From NCBI GenBank assembly GCA_963714975.1, contig CAVQQD010000001.1, positions 128,001 through 192,000 of the forward strand: a DNA stretch of 64,000 nucleotides, written 5' to 3'. Under the pieces are notes generated by a model, which searched no databases, was not told the origin of the DNA, and worked only from the letters and a program-made list of their open reading frames with translations. This document shows positions 1 to 11,800 of this stretch, one piece after another. This stretch comes from an uncultured Gammaproteobacteria bacterium. Its GTDB lineage: Bacteria; Pseudomonadota; Gammaproteobacteria; JAURND01. How positions within the stretch are numbered: position 1 is the stretch's first letter; every line of letters starts with the position of its first letter. Made by a program: the position numbers and the translations under genes.

Positions 1-1612
1 AGCCAAAAGCAATTCCACCATGCGGAGGGCAGCCATAACGAAATGCCGTTAATAGGTGACTAAAACGTTCTTCAGCCTCTTGTTCTTGAATGCCCAATAA
101 ACGAAATACCGCGCGCTGCATGTCTGCATTATGAATGCGAATTGACCCACCACCAATCTCCAGGCCATTGAGCACCACATCATAGGCGCGCGACAGAGCA
201 GTACCGGGATTTGCTAAGAGCTCCTCCGGGTCCGCGCTGGCTGGTGCAGTAAAAGGATGATGCAGAGATTGCCAACGCCGCTCTTTCTCATCCCATTCAA
301 ACATTGGAAAGTCCACCACCCAAGTAAAATGCCAACCCGAATCCATCAAGCCCCGATCTTGGCCGAGTTTTAATCGCAAGGCGGCGAGGGATTCACTAAC
401 TACTTTGGCTTTATCGGCCCCAAAAAATAACATGTCGCCGTTTTCTGCCTGCACTCGATTGAGAATTTGTTCAATGACAAATTCAGGTAAGAATTTAACG
501 ATGGGTGATTGCAGGCCTGCAATGCCAAGGGCACGATCCACTACTTTGATATAAGCCAAGCCTTTGGCTCCATACACGGCAACTAAACGGGTGTAATCAT
601 CAATTTCTTTGCGGGATAATTCACCACCCTGTGGTAGCTTTAACACGGCTACGCGACTTTGCGGATCATTGGCTGCTTGGGCAAAAATTTTAAATTCCAC
701 GTCGGTCAATAAGTCGGCAATGTCGACTAATTCGAGTGGGATGCGCAAATCGGGCCGATCAGTGCCAAAACGACGGATGGCTTCGGCATAAGTCATACGT
801 GGCAAAGGATCAGGCAAGGCTACTTGTAAAATTTCCATAAAAACTTGTCGCAACATTTTTTCGACTAGAGATTGGATTACTTGTTCGTCAATAAACGACA
901 TTTCCATATCGAGCTGAGTAAATTCAGGCTGACGATCAGCACGTAAATCTTCATCGCGAAAACAACGCACGATCTGGTAGTAACGATCCATCCCCGCCAC
1001 CATGAGGATTTGTTTAAATAATTGCGGCGATTGTGGGAGAGCATAAAAATGTCCGGGGTGAGTTCGACTGGGGACTAAGTAGTCACGCGCTCCTTCCGGG
1101 GTAGATTTGGTGAGAAAAGGCGTTTCAATTTCCCAGAAACCATGATGATTTAAAAATTGCCGTAAGCAATTGTTGACTTGAGCCCGCAGGCGTATGCGCT
1201 CGGTCATTTCTGGGCGACGTAAATCGAGGTAACGATATTCAAGCCGCAACTCTTCACTGGCTCCCGTGTATTCATCAATGCGCAGCGGCGGGGTTTCTGC
1301 ACTATTCAATAGGGTGATATGGTCAGCAATGACTTCCACCTGACCACTGGGTAATTTCGCATTCACCGTACCTGCGGGACGATGTTGCACCACTCCTTTT
1401 ACCAGTATGACAAATTCGCTGCGGACTTTTTCTGCCGTCGCAAATGCGCTGGCATGGAGAGGATTAAATACCACTTGCACTAATCCTTCTCGATCCCGCA
1501 AATCGAGGAAAATCAATCCTCCATGATCGCGACGACGATGCACCCAGCCACATATAGTGACAGGTTGTTGGATTAAGGATGCATTTACCTGGCCACAATA
1601 ATGAGTACGCAT
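1..1612 (-). CDS. aspS: Aspartate--tRNA ligase, 3' end runs off the window
   Basis: Not in the ORF track. Manual minus-strand translation gives MRTHYCGQV..., [62 protein letters not shown] and [11 protein letters not shown] at the window edge. Confidence 0.97.
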   Translation of the reverse strand, partial: MRTHYCGQVNASLIQQPVTICGWVHRRRDHGGLIFLDLRDREGLVQVVFNPLHASAFATAEKVRSEFVILVKGVVQHRPAGTVNAKLPSGQVEVIADHITLLNSAETPPLRIDEYTGASEELRLEYRYLDLRRPEMTERIRLRAQVNNCLRQFLNHHGFWEIETPFLTKSTPEGARDYLVPSRTHPGHFYALPQSPQLFKQILMVAGMDRYYQIVRCFRDEDLRADRQPEFTQLDMEMSFIDEQVIQSLVEKMLRQVFMEILQVALPDPLPRMTYAEAIRRFGTDRPDLRIPLELVDIADLLTDVEFKIFAQAANDPQSRVAVLKLPQGGELSRKEIDDYTRLVAVYGAKGLAYIKVVDRALGIAGLQSPIVKFLPEFVIEQILNRVQAENGDMLFFGADKAKVVSESLAALRLKLGQDRGLMDSGWHFTWVVDFPMFEWDEKERRWQSLHHPFTAPASADPEELLANPGTALSRAYDVVLNGLEIGGGSIRIHNADMQRAVFRLLGIQEQEAEERFSHLLTAFRYGCPPHGGIAFG

Positions 1613-1619
1613 GAGAATT

Positions 1620-1907
1620 TTACTCCTTTGATTCTGTTTTTTTATCGCTTTTCGTTTCTGTGTCTGTATTAGCAGTCTTAGTTTCTTCGGTTTTGGCTTC
1701 CCCTTCAGCTGCTGGTTGCGTATTATTTTTTGCATAGTCAGTCATATACCAACCACTGCCTTTCAATTGGAACCCTACGGGAGCTATTTTTTTACTTAAG
1801 CTATTTTTCCTGCATTTGGGGCACTCCGTGCACGGAGGGTCACTCATTTTTTGCATGACCTCCAGTTGATGACCACAAATTTGGCATTGATATTGATAAA
1901 TAGGCAT
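1620..1907 (-). CDS. FmdB-family zinc-ribbon protein
   Basis: [13 protein letters not shown]...CPKC...[10 protein letters not shown] signature, in the usual position upstream of aspS. Confidence 0.92.
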   Translation of the reverse strand: MPIYQYQCQICGHQLEVMQKMSDPPCTECPKCRKNSLSKKIAPVGFQLKGSGWYMTDYAKNNTQPAAEGEAKTEETKTANTDTETKSDKKTESKE

Positions 1908-1990
1908 GATCCACCGCTTGGTATTAATTAGGACGAACTAGCGATTTTACACGTTAATTCAGGATCCGCATCATAAATCTTCGACATTAT

Positions 1991-2040
1991 TCCTTCTCCC
2001 CTTTGTGGGAGAAGGTGGCCGCAGGCCGGATGAGGGGTGG
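1991..2040. repeat. REP-like palindrome, family A (CCTTCTCCCCTTGTGGGAGAAGG...GGATGAGGGG)
   Basis: Hairpin with related copies at about 5715, 19882, 24629, 35910, 39776 and 54772. Confidence 0.85.
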
Positions 2041-2119
2041 ATTACGTTTAAGTGTTTGTTGATGCCTAAATTTAGTCAATGTACAATGCCTAAATTTATT
2101 CATTACATATTGAGTATCT

Positions 2120-3496
2120 ATGGATCCCAGATTCTACTTTAACAACAGGCACTTGGAAGATCCTGCGCGTTTTGCAGAATTGGATCCACAGCTGAAACGT
2201 CTGAGTCAGCAATTCTATACGTATTATTCGCCTTTATTGCAGCAATTGCCGGTCGATACGCCAGGTATTTATACCCTGAGTGGGGGGAGGCAAATTGGCA
2301 AAACCACGCTGCTCAAACAATGGATGTTAAAGCTTCTGAAAGAAGGAAAACTTCCTGAGGCATTGGCTTTTTTCTCCGGAGAGTTAATTGAAGACCACCA
2401 TGCATTATTAAACCTGCTGCAAGATCAACTGGCTACTATGCCTACCCACGGCTATCGCTATTTAATTCTTGATGAAGTCACTTACATACGCGATTGGGAT
2501 AAAGCTATTAAATATGCCGCCGATGTTGGCTTGTTTGACGATGTCATTGTAATTTTAACTGGATCTGATTTGGCGCTTATCAAAGAAGCGATGATGCGAC
2601 TGCCCGGCCGGCGGGGTAAGGCAGCAAAGGTTAATTTCCATGCCTATCCCTTGTCATTCCGTGAGACGGTAATATTGAAGCAACAGGGAAGCCCTGCGCT
2701 AGAGCAATGCCTAACCCCAGCCAACCCGACGGAAGCGGCCGTCACTATGTTATTTGCTGAATTTAACCACTATCTGCAACATGGCGGGTATTTGACAGCG
2801 ATCAATGATTTGGCCTTGCAGCACAAAATTTTGGATGCGACCTTAACGATTTATTCCGATTGGATCCGCGGCGATATGTTACGGCGGGGAAAACAGCTGC
2901 ATTATTTGCAGGAAATCATTGCCTCTATCATCAAACGTTATACCAGCCAAATAACTTGGAATGCACTCGCAAAGGATCTTTCCATTGACCATCCAGCCAC
3001 GGTTGCTGATTATATCGCCCAGTTAGAATTGATAGATGCCGTATTTGTGCAGTCTGCTTTATTAGAAGATAAATTAGCTCCGGCACCCAAAAAAGCCCGC
3101 AAGATTCTCTTTACCGACCCTTTTATTTTTCATGCCATGCGATCCTGGATCGCTCCGGTAAAAAATGCCTATGAGCAACAAATCCTGACCGCCTTAAACG
3201 ACCCGGTACTTTGCGCACAATTAGTCGAAAGTTGCGCAATTACCCAATATCGGCATTATTATCCAACTTATTATTTGAAGGCAGAAGGTGAAGTAGATAT
3301 CGCTTATGTCAAGCAAGGGCGCTTCTGGCCAATTGAAATTAAATGGACTCAACAGCTGCGAGCCAAGGACTTAAAACAAGTCTTAAAATATCCCAACAGT
3401 CGTATCTTTACCAAGAGCAAGCAAAATGGCATTTTGCAAACAATTCCAACAGAACCACTGCCATTAGCATTGTTTAATCTGCAAGCTTCTGCATAG
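2120..3496 (+). CDS. AAA_14 ATPase with DUF4143 and C-terminal PD-(D/E)XK-like domain
   Basis: Walker A GGRQIGKT, Walker B LILDEV, LTGS, GGYL, FTDPF and C-terminal EVDI...PIEIK. Confidence 0.85.
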   Translation: MDPRFYFNNRHLEDPARFAELDPQLKRLSQQFYTYYSPLLQQLPVDTPGIYTLSGGRQIGKTTLLKQWMLKLLKEGKLPEALAFFSGELIEDHHALLNLLQDQLATMPTHGYRYLILDEVTYIRDWDKAIKYAADVGLFDDVIVILTGSDLALIKEAMMRLPGRRGKAAKVNFHAYPLSFRETVILKQQGSPALEQCLTPANPTEAAVTMLFAEFNHYLQHGGYLTAINDLALQHKILDATLTIYSDWIRGDMLRRGKQLHYLQEIIASIIKRYTSQITWNALAKDLSIDHPATVADYIAQLELIDAVFVQSALLEDKLAPAPKKARKILFTDPFIFHAMRSWIAPVKNAYEQQILTALNDPVLCAQLVESCAITQYRHYYPTYYLKAEGEVDIAYVKQGRFWPIEIKWTQQLRAKDLKQVLKYPNSRIFTKSKQNGILQTIPTEPLPLALFNLQASA

Positions 3497-3583
3497 GATT
3501 TAGTTGATAAGACAACCCAAGCGCTCTAACATATGGGAAATATTACCTACTCACAGCGTGGTTAGATTCCAGAGGATAACAAA

Positions 3584-4411
3584 ATGGCCAAATCAATTTT
3601 AATTACCGGGTGCTCTACCGGAATTGGGCTTTGTGCCGCACAAAGTCTGCAACAGCGGGGGTATCAGGTAATTGCTACGGTACGCAAACCCCAGGATAAA
3701 GTTAAACTAGAAGAGCAAGGCTTAACTTGCGTGTTATTAGATCTCAACGATTCCACTTCTATTCAACAGGCCTTCGCTGAAGTTTTGTCGTTGACGCAGG
3801 GTAAATTAGCTGCCTTAATCAATAACGCCGGATTTGGGGTGATGGGAGCCGTTGAAGATTTATCACGACAAAGTTTGCGGGCGCAATTTGAAACCAATGT
3901 GTTTGGCTTGCAAGAATTGACTAATCTGGTTATTCCAGTGATGCGCCAACAACGGCAAGGGCGGATTATTAATGTGAGTTCGGTGCTAGGTTTAGTGACC
4001 TTGCCCTACCGGGGGGCTTACTGTGCCTCCAAATATGCCCTGGAATCTTTGTCCGATGCACTACGGATGGAGCTGCGTGGCATTGGTATTCATGTCATCC
4101 TCATTGAACCAGGTCCCATTGTGAGTCAATTTCGGCAATCTGCAGAGGAAGTTATCAAAGAGCATATCGACATGACGGGCAGTCGCCATCGGGCCACTTA
4201 TGGTAATTTGTTGCAACGGCAGGCGCAGCAAAAAGACTCTTCGCGCTTTACTTTAGGGCCGGAGGCCGTCGTGGCGAAAATGCTGCACGCTTTGGAAAGC
4301 CCACGGCCGAAAATGCGCTATTTTGTAACCGTCCCCACTTATTTAATAGCCAGTTTAAGACGGCTGTTGCCTGCCAGGTGTTTGGCTTGGCTGTTAGCGA
4401 GGTTTTTATAA
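3584..4411 (+). CDS. Short-chain dehydrogenase/reductase (YbbO-like)
   Basis: TGCSTGIG, NNAG and YCASK motifs. Confidence 0.93.
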   Translation: MAKSILITGCSTGIGLCAAQSLQQRGYQVIATVRKPQDKVKLEEQGLTCVLLDLNDSTSIQQAFAEVLSLTQGKLAALINNAGFGVMGAVEDLSRQSLRAQFETNVFGLQELTNLVIPVMRQQRQGRIINVSSVLGLVTLPYRGAYCASKYALESLSDALRMELRGIGIHVILIEPGPIVSQFRQSAEEVIKEHIDMTGSRHRATYGNLLQRQAQQKDSSRFTLGPEAVVAKMLHALESPRPKMRYFVTVPTYLIASLRRLLPARCLAWLLARFL

Positions 4412-4416
4412 ATTAA

Positions 4417-5703
4417 ATGATTTTGCATTTAGCCATCACCACCATTATCTTAATTGCTTTCTCATTTGCAGCAATTGCTTTGATGGGTCAGCGACAACGA
4501 AAAATAATTACTCAGCTGAGCTCGCTTGAACAACGCATCAACGAACAGGGTCATGTATTAACCGAACGCTCAGTCCATCATCAACACTTAATGGACAGTG
4601 TGGTGCGGTTGCTCAATGAACAGCAACGCGCTGTGCAAGAGGGGCAAGCTCGTTTCGATCAACATCAATTAAACAGCTTAAAAACCTTGCAAGAAAGTTT
4701 GCAAAGTGGCATGACGGACGTCCGACGCCAAGTGACCGAAGCTTTGACTCAACACGGGCAAGCCTTAAGCCAACGGGTAGAAAAATTAACCCACACTACC
4801 GATCAACGACTGCATGATATTAGTGGTCAGGTGGAAAAGCGATTATCTGAAGGTTTTGAAAAAAGTACCCTGATATTTACCGATGTCATCAAACGCCTAG
4901 CCTTGATTGACGAAGCCCAAAAAAAAATTACTGAGCTGTCGAGCAATGTGGTTAGCTTACAGGAAATATTATCCGACAAGCGCTCGCGGGGTGCTTTTGG
5001 TGAAGTGCAATTAAACGCCTTAATTCGCAATGTGATGCCGGAACAGGCCTTTGCTTTTCAACATACCTTGTCGAATGGTAAGCGTGCTGATTGTGTGTTG
5101 TTTTTGCCGGAACCTACTGGCAATATAGCTATTGATGCTAAATTTCCTTTAGAAAGTTACCGTCTGCTGATGGATTTGACTTTGACGGAAAATGACCGCA
5201 AAGCTTTAGAACAAACATTTCGCCGCGATATTAAAAAGCATATCCAAGATATTGCTGACCGCTATATTTTACCTGGAGAAACCTCTGACGGAGCGATGAT
5301 GTTTATTCCTGCCGAAGCGATCTTTGCCGAAATTCACGCCCATTTTCCCGATTTGGTCGAACTAGCCCAGCAATTACGCGTGTGGCTGGTTTCCCCGACT
5401 ACCATGATGGCCATTCTAACGACCGCCAGAGCCGTATTAAAAGACGCAGCTACCCGCAAACAAGTGCATATTATTCAAGAGCATTTATTAATGTTGAGCA
5501 AAGATTTTCAGCGTTTTCAGGAGCGTATGGATAAATTGGCAAAACATATTAAACAAGTCCATGAAGATGCTGATGACTTGCATACTTCTTCCCGCAAAAT
5601 TAGCCAACGTTTTAATCGGATCGAAAAAGTTGAGTGGAATTATCCTTCTCCTCTTGTCGAAGAAGGCGCCCCTTCGACAGGCTCAGGGCAGGCTGGCGAA
5701 TGA
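4417..5703 (+). CDS. rmuC: DNA recombination protein RmuC
   Basis: N-terminal TM, coiled coil, RGAFGEVQL, IDAKFPL, MFIPAEAIF and VSPTT motifs. Confidence 0.93.
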   Translation: MILHLAITTIILIAFSFAAIALMGQRQRKIITQLSSLEQRINEQGHVLTERSVHHQHLMDSVVRLLNEQQRAVQEGQARFDQHQLNSLKTLQESLQSGMTDVRRQVTEALTQHGQALSQRVEKLTHTTDQRLHDISGQVEKRLSEGFEKSTLIFTDVIKRLALIDEAQKKITELSSNVVSLQEILSDKRSRGAFGEVQLNALIRNVMPEQAFAFQHTLSNGKRADCVLFLPEPTGNIAIDAKFPLESYRLLMDLTLTENDRKALEQTFRRDIKKHIQDIADRYILPGETSDGAMMFIPAEAIFAEIHAHFPDLVELAQQLRVWLVSPTTMMAILTTARAVLKDAATRKQVHIIQEHLLMLSKDFQRFQERMDKLAKHIKQVHEDADDLHTSSRKISQRFNRIEKVEWNYPSPLVEEGAPSTGSGQAGE

Positions 5704-5714
5704 GTGTAACTCTA

Positions 5715-5764
5715 TCCTTCTCCCCTTGTGGGAGAAGGTGCCGAAGAGAGGCGGGATGAGGGGT
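5715..5764. repeat. REP-like palindrome family A between convergent rmuC and mdh (possible terminator)
   Basis: tccttctccccttgtgggagaaggtgccgaagagaggcgggatgagggg. Confidence 0.8.
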
Positions 5765-5778
5765 GAGCTCATGCGCGC

Positions 5779-6768
5779 CTAAATCAACCCCAATGCCCTC
5801 ACCGCATCACGCTCTTCACGTAATTCGTGCAAAGTTTGCTGAATCCTCTCCTGGCCAAAAGCATTGTGTTCCCAGCCAGTCTCAATTTCAAACCGGCCAT
5901 TTTTCACCCGTGAGGGGTAGGAAAAAATCAAACCTTCATCCACCCCATACTCGCCTTGCGAGCACACCGCTACAGAAAAACAGTCGTCTGCTGCAGTATC
6001 ATGGGTGAGGTGGTAGACCGTACCTAAAGCCGCATTGGCCGCAGAAGCAGCCGACGAACCACCACGCGCTTTAATCACTTTAGCACCGCGGGTTTGCACT
6101 TCGGGAATAAATTGTTCAATGAGCCAGGCCTCATCGGGAATGACTTCCAGCAACGGCCTATCACCAATACGGGCATGATAAAAATCTGGATATTGGCTGG
6201 TGGAATGATTGCCCCAAATCACCAAATTTCGCACCTCAGCGACACTAACTCCTGCTTTTAGCGCAATTTGCATCCGCGCCCGATTTTGATCCAGCAGGGT
6301 CATCGCGGAAAAACGCTCACGAGGAATATCCGGGGCATTGCCCATGGTAATTAAACAGTTCGTGTTGCAAGGATTCCCGACCACAGTAATCCGCACGTCG
6401 CTGGCCGCATGGTCATTAATCGCCCGGCCTTGCTGGGTAAAAATCCCGCCATTTACCTTCAGTAAATCCGAACGTTCCATGCCAGCCTTACGCGGCACTG
6501 CCCCCACCAAAACCGCCCAATTTACGTCTTTCATCACTAAATTCAAATCATCGGTGGCGACAATATTCCGCAATAAAGGAAAAGCACAATCCTCCAATTC
6601 CATCACCACGCCTTGCAATGCGGGCAAAGCAGCGGGTAATTCTAATAATTGCAATTCAATTTCAGTATCAGTGCCAAACATGTCACCACGAGCAATGCGA
6701 AATATCAGCGCATAACCAATTTGCCCTGCAGCACCTGTAACAGCAACTTTCATAGATTTTTTAGGCAT
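5779..6768 (-). CDS. mdh: Malate dehydrogenase (MDH type 2)
   Basis: [31 protein letters not shown] and IWGNHS motifs. Confidence 0.96.
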   Translation of the reverse strand: MPKKSMKVAVTGAAGQIGYALIFRIARGDMFGTDTEIELQLLELPAALPALQGVVMELEDCAFPLLRNIVATDDLNLVMKDVNWAVLVGAVPRKAGMERSDLLKVNGGIFTQQGRAINDHAASDVRITVVGNPCNTNCLITMGNAPDIPRERFSAMTLLDQNRARMQIALKAGVSVAEVRNLVIWGNHSTSQYPDFYHARIGDRPLLEVIPDEAWLIEQFIPEVQTRGAKVIKARGGSSAASAANAALGTVYHLTHDTAADDCFSVAVCSQGEYGVDEGLIFSYPSRVKNGRFEIETGWEHNAFGQERIQQTLHELREERDAVRALGLI

Positions 6769-7526
6769 TTCGTATCTCCCAATGCAATAAAATGCGGATT
6801 CAAAAGCGAAGCCTTGCTATTGTAGCGTAAACGCTGTCCCTGTAAATCAAAAATACCGCCGCCAGCTTGTTCTAAAATACATTGCCCAGCGGCAGTGTCC
6901 CACTCACACGTATCACCAAAGCGCGGCGAGAAATCGCCCTTGCCTTCAGCCAGCAACCCAAACTTCCAAGCACTGGCAATTTGAATTTGGCGAAAACTTC
7001 CTAAATAACTAAAATGCTGCAGCAATTTTGCTGACTGCGCACTATGGCTGGTGAACATCACTGCTTCTTGCTCTGGCCAAGGGCGGGTATGTAAGTCCAT
7101 TATTTGTCCCGCAGCATCCAATTTAATCGCGATCTTTTGGGCTTCTGCATAATAACAATCCCCGGTCACAGGCACATAAATTACCCCAATTTTCGGCTGA
7201 TGATCCTCAATCAAGGCAATATTCACGGTAAATTCCCCTGAATGCGCAATGAACTGCCGGGTCCCATCTAAAGGATCCACTAACCAATGCTGCGGCCAAT
7301 GTTGCCGCGCTTCCCAAGGCGGTAACGTCCCCTCCTCAGACAAAATGGGAATCTGCGGAGTCAGGCGCAGCAATCCCTCGTGAATGATGGTATTCGCGCG
7401 AAGATCCGCTGCAGTAACCGGAGAATTATCCGCCTTGAGCGTGGGGGTTTCGCGACTCTTCGCCTCATAAAGCTCTAAAATCGCTTTCCCCGCCTGCTGG
7501 GCAAGCTGAATTAACGGCTGTTGCAA
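6750..7526 (-). CDS. cysQ: 3'(2'),5'-bisphosphate nucleotidase
   Basis: [21 protein letters not shown] and EWDTAAGQ motifs. Confidence 0.92.
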   Translation of the reverse strand: MQQPLIQLAQQAGKAILELYEAKSRETPTLKADNSPVTAADLRANTIIHEGLLRLTPQIPILSEEGTLPPWEARQHWPQHWLVDPLDGTRQFIAHSGEFTVNIALIEDHQPKIGVIYVPVTGDCYYAEAQKIAIKLDAAGQIMDLHTRPWPEQEAVMFTSHSAQSAKLLQHFSYLGSFRQIQIASAWKFGLLAEGKGDFSPRFGDTCEWDTAAGQCILEQAGGGIFDLQGQRLRYNSKASLLNPHFIALGDTKCLKNL

Positions 7527-7561
7527 ATGAATGTCCTCCCTTTTTCATGGTACACTGAGTT

Positions 7562-8710
7562 ATGTTACAAGTGCCACCCTTATCACTGTATATTCACATC
7601 CCCTGGTGTGTACGAAAATGTCCCTACTGCGATTTCAATTCGCATCGCTTAAATAGCGACCTTCCCGAAGCAGAATATTGCACAGCACTCGCCGAGGATT
7701 TAAAGCGCGATCAAGTCTGGGCGCAAGATCGGCCGCTTTCTAGCATTTTCTTTGGCGGGGGTACACCTAGCTTATTTTCCCCCCAGGCAATTGAGCATAT
7801 TCTCAATACCGTGCAGAAACATTATCGACTGGCTGAGAATATCGAAATCACCCTAGAGGCCAACCCTGGAACCGTCGAGCAACAACGCTTTATAGGCTAC
7901 AAAACAGCGGGCATTAATCGACTTTCCTTAGGCATTCAAAGTTTTCAGGATGCGAAATTAACCGCACTTGGCCGTATTCATGATGCCAATGCCGCGCGAA
8001 CAGCTATCTCAGCTGCTCAAAGGGCGGGTTTTGATAATCTCAATCTAGATCTCATGTACGGCCTACCCCAACAAACCGTAGCAGAAGCTCTAGACGAGCT
8101 TCACGCAGCGCTGGCTTTTGCACCCGCTCATCTTTCCTGGTATCAATTAACTTTAGAACCTCACACCGCTTTTTATCACCACCCCCCGCCTTTACCCGCC
8201 GAAGATTTCATTTGGGAAATGCAGGTGCAAGGCCAAGCCTATTTAGCAGCCCAGGGTTTTGATGCTTATGAAATCTCAGCCTATTGCCAACAACCGCAGA
8301 AACGCTGCCGACATAATCTAAATTATTGGCAATTTGGCGATTATTTAGGGACAGGCGCTGGATCGCATGGTAAGATCACCGATGTAAGTCAGCAACGCGT
8401 CCTGCGTTATTGGAAGACCAAGCACCCAAGGGATTACTTAAACCCTGCTACGCCTTTTGTGGCTGGCCAAAAGGTGTTGCAGGCCCAAGAATTGCCACTG
8501 GAATTTATGTTAAATACGCTCCGCCTCTATGAGCGCATACCAACGAGCTTATTTACCACCAGAACTGGATTGCCACTATCTGCTATTAGCTCGCTCTTGG
8601 AGCAAGCAAGGCAGCAAGGCTGGTTAGAAGTGAACGAAGATTGTATTACCGTGACTGAATGGGGCAGGCGTTATTTAAATGAGGTGTTGTTACTGTTTAT
8701 AAAATTGTAA
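7562..8710 (+). CDS. hemW: Radical SAM heme chaperone HemW
   Basis: YIHIPWCVRKCPYCDFNS, FFGGGTPS and HNLNYW motifs. Confidence 0.94.
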   Translation: MLQVPPLSLYIHIPWCVRKCPYCDFNSHRLNSDLPEAEYCTALAEDLKRDQVWAQDRPLSSIFFGGGTPSLFSPQAIEHILNTVQKHYRLAENIEITLEANPGTVEQQRFIGYKTAGINRLSLGIQSFQDAKLTALGRIHDANAARTAISAAQRAGFDNLNLDLMYGLPQQTVAEALDELHAALAFAPAHLSWYQLTLEPHTAFYHHPPPLPAEDFIWEMQVQGQAYLAAQGFDAYEISAYCQQPQKRCRHNLNYWQFGDYLGTGAGSHGKITDVSQQRVLRYWKTKHPRDYLNPATPFVAGQKVLQAQELPLEFMLNTLRLYERIPTSLFTTRTGLPLSAISSLLEQARQQGWLEVNEDCITVTEWGRRYLNEVLLLFIKL

Positions 8711-8780
8711 CCATTCACCACGATTTTGCCTCTCCCCTTGTGGGAGAAGGATTTTTACGCACAACGAGGGTGAATGATTA
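8707..8780 (-). mobile_element. Internally collapsed, inverted copy of the MITE at 19852/24599
   Basis: gtaaccattcaccacgattttgcctctccccttgtgggagaaggatttttacgcacaa..ggtgaatgatta equals both ends of the 19852-20049 element (reverse complement) joined at the shared hairpin. Confidence 0.75.
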
Positions 8781-8808
8781 ATAAAATAACCACTATGAGA
8801 TTTTTATT

Positions 8809-11800
8809 ATGGACGCAAAACTTGAAAAAACCCCAAGCACTCCCGACGATAATTCTTTCCCAAAGAGAAAAAACATACTAACAAGCCCAACTTCAATAGC
8901 CTCGTCAGCGCCTATCTACGCGGGACCTACTTTGAGTCAGATACAGTTACTGGGCAACAGTTTGAGCGCACAGCTGGATCATAATTTTCAAACTTTTCGT
9001 AGAGAGTTCAAGGAAATTTCGGACCTGGAACAGGAGGATCCGAAGAAATTTATTAAAGCACTGGAAGACCTTGCCGTCAAGGTTAACAATTTTAGGGAAG
9101 GTCATAGACAGCAGCATACTGACTTCGGTGGTTATACTCCCGTCAATAATCCACACTGGGATTACTTCAAGAAATTGCTTCAGTATCACAAGGCATATGC
9201 GCCCTCACCACCTAATTCTGTAGCAACCAGCCCAAGCTATCCCAATTCAAATTCGCAATCCTCTTCTGCAACTAGTTCCCCAATCCGAAGTCCTTCCCCT
9301 CTGCAGGGAACACCAGCAACCAGAACAGAGCAAAAGATATCTGCTGACGTAGATGACGCAGACGATCCTTTAACGCCAATTCAACCAGGTTTTGATAAGA
9401 GAAAGAAGCGTCAGCGAAAACCACTCCCACTCCCCTCGCTTGATGCATTGCAGCAAAAGCTAGATGCACTGCATTTTTCTTCCATAGAAAACCAGGACGT
9501 CACGAATCAATCACAGATTTCAGACACCCACGAGGTTAAAACCATACATTATGAGGATGCTACTCCCCTACTCGATGATGCCCCGCAAAGTCCTTCCGAC
9601 GAAACTGATCCAATATCACCACCCCCCCAAGCATTACTAGTTCCCAAGGATTTCAGCATACTGAATCAGTATTGCACTAATCGCTATAAAACGTTTGCTC
9701 CAGCAGAAAGGAAAGAATTTTCAGGTTTACATCACGCAATTGAAGCAAAAATAGCAAGTGCTGCTGAAGCATTCAAGCAAGAACAAGCACGCATCCAAGA
9801 GCTTTGGTTCAAGTCATCCGAGGAAAAAAGATACCTAGAATTGGTCACAAAATTTCTTGAGCTTAAATCTTCACTCGCTAGTCATGGAAAAACCGCACGC
9901 TTTGTGACGGAATTACGTACCCTCACCGAGCAAATCAGCAAGGAAAGTTCTGCTCATTCCCAAAAACATGGCTCTCAAGTCAAACCCGATTGGGCTCAAT
10001 TAACCCAAGCTTGTTATTTACTGCAATTATATGCCCTCAGCGAACTTGCCCACGCAATCGATTACATGGTATTTCCAGACCAAACTACAATTAAATTCAA
10101 CGCGGATGTAAAACCTGCCAGAAATGTCGTCGTCTTAGCTCACTATTGTGCTATATACCCCGATCTTCGTCAGGCTGAAAAATCAGAAGATATTGCTGCA
10201 CGCCTTACAGGCTCAACAACCCAATGGCAGGACCTGGCACATAAATCCATTCTTAATGTTCAAACCAAACGAGCATCGATATCACCGTGGTCATTTTTTA
10301 GATCCCCTGAAGACACGCAATTTAATCTCTATGCCAAGCATTTTTTTGCATATCAGTCTAAATTACGCGGCAACACTTCAGCACCAGAAGTCATGGACGA
10401 AATATGGGAATTCACACAGACTATAGAAACATATAAAAAAAACTGGCAACACCACAATCCCGAGCAAAATTTTGAGGACTCCCAAGAGCATTTCAACGAT
10501 CTATTAAGAGCCTCCTATGTATTGTGGTTAGATGCGTATGATAAAACGTATTCCTCACAAGAACAGGCAATCCCAGAACACATTGAATATAAAATTAACT
10601 GTTTAGTAATACCGCAAGCACCTGAGGAAAAGCAAAATGGCGGTCTTGATCACGAAGCGATTGAAACGTTCAAGCGACAAAACCAAGCAGAACATGATCA
10701 GCAGCAGCTCGTACGGCTAGAACATTGGATTCGGGAAAATCCTTTTAAATTGGTATTGGGTTTAGTAAGCCCCATACTTATTTGGCAGGGGTATCGTTTT
10801 GGCACTCATCCCGATCAGGCTAAGGAATTTGCGGAAAAAATATTAGCTAATGATTGGTATTCTATCCTAATTTTTGGTACGGCTGCTTTGCTGGGTATTT
10901 ATGGAATCTGCATTCGCAATAAAAAACAAGCCATAGCCAAATCTAATGAACAGCTCTTGAAACAAGTCACTAATCTAACACCACAAACCACTGAAACCAA
11001 GACTGGGCGTCCTACTAAAGTAGAGCCCAAAGAAAATGCAGCAACAAACCCTCAAGAAATATTCCATGCTGCTTTCAGGCAATTTTCCTTACCATTACCT
11101 GCTACATTAAAAAATGCAATTCCAACAGATACAAAAGCGGCTACAGCAGCCTTAGTGCAGCTGTTAGAAGAAGGACAAGGAACGAAAGCAGCCAAAATTT
11201 ACCAAGGCTCAAAGGGTTTTTTTCAATTTGAGGACAAAGCGCCACAAAAGGCCTTAGAATTAATTTTGCGAGCTCAAGCGTTGAGAGAAATCCGCGCCTC
11301 ACAACCTGATCCTAGATCTGACAAGAAGAACAATAAGGACAATAAAAAAACAACTCAATCAGCTTCTAATGAACAGGTTTTAGGGTTGCGTTATTTAGTA
11401 AAGCACGGGTATGTGCATGACGCTGCGGATTTAGTCTTTGATACTGAGGGACACTGCAATGCATTAGGAAAGAAAGCTGGAGCGAAAAGTGAGGAAATAA
11501 TAGCGGCTGATTTATATCGCTGTTCGCAAGGAAATCCCGTGCATATTTGGACTGTAAAGCTGGAGATTCTTTCGCTTTGCGAAAAACGCTATGTCGAGGA
11601 GAAAAAGGGTTATGCAAGAGATAAGGTTGTGAACGGTTTATATTATTTCATCAATGCAGAATCCAGCCAGGCAGCTAATTTATTACTCAAAATGCTCAAT
11701 CTAGACCCTATCACAATCCAGACTCCAAGCAATAACCACGATGGCAACAGCTTGTTCACCCTAGCCATTGCATTAGACGAAGTACGAGACCAAGGAAGCA

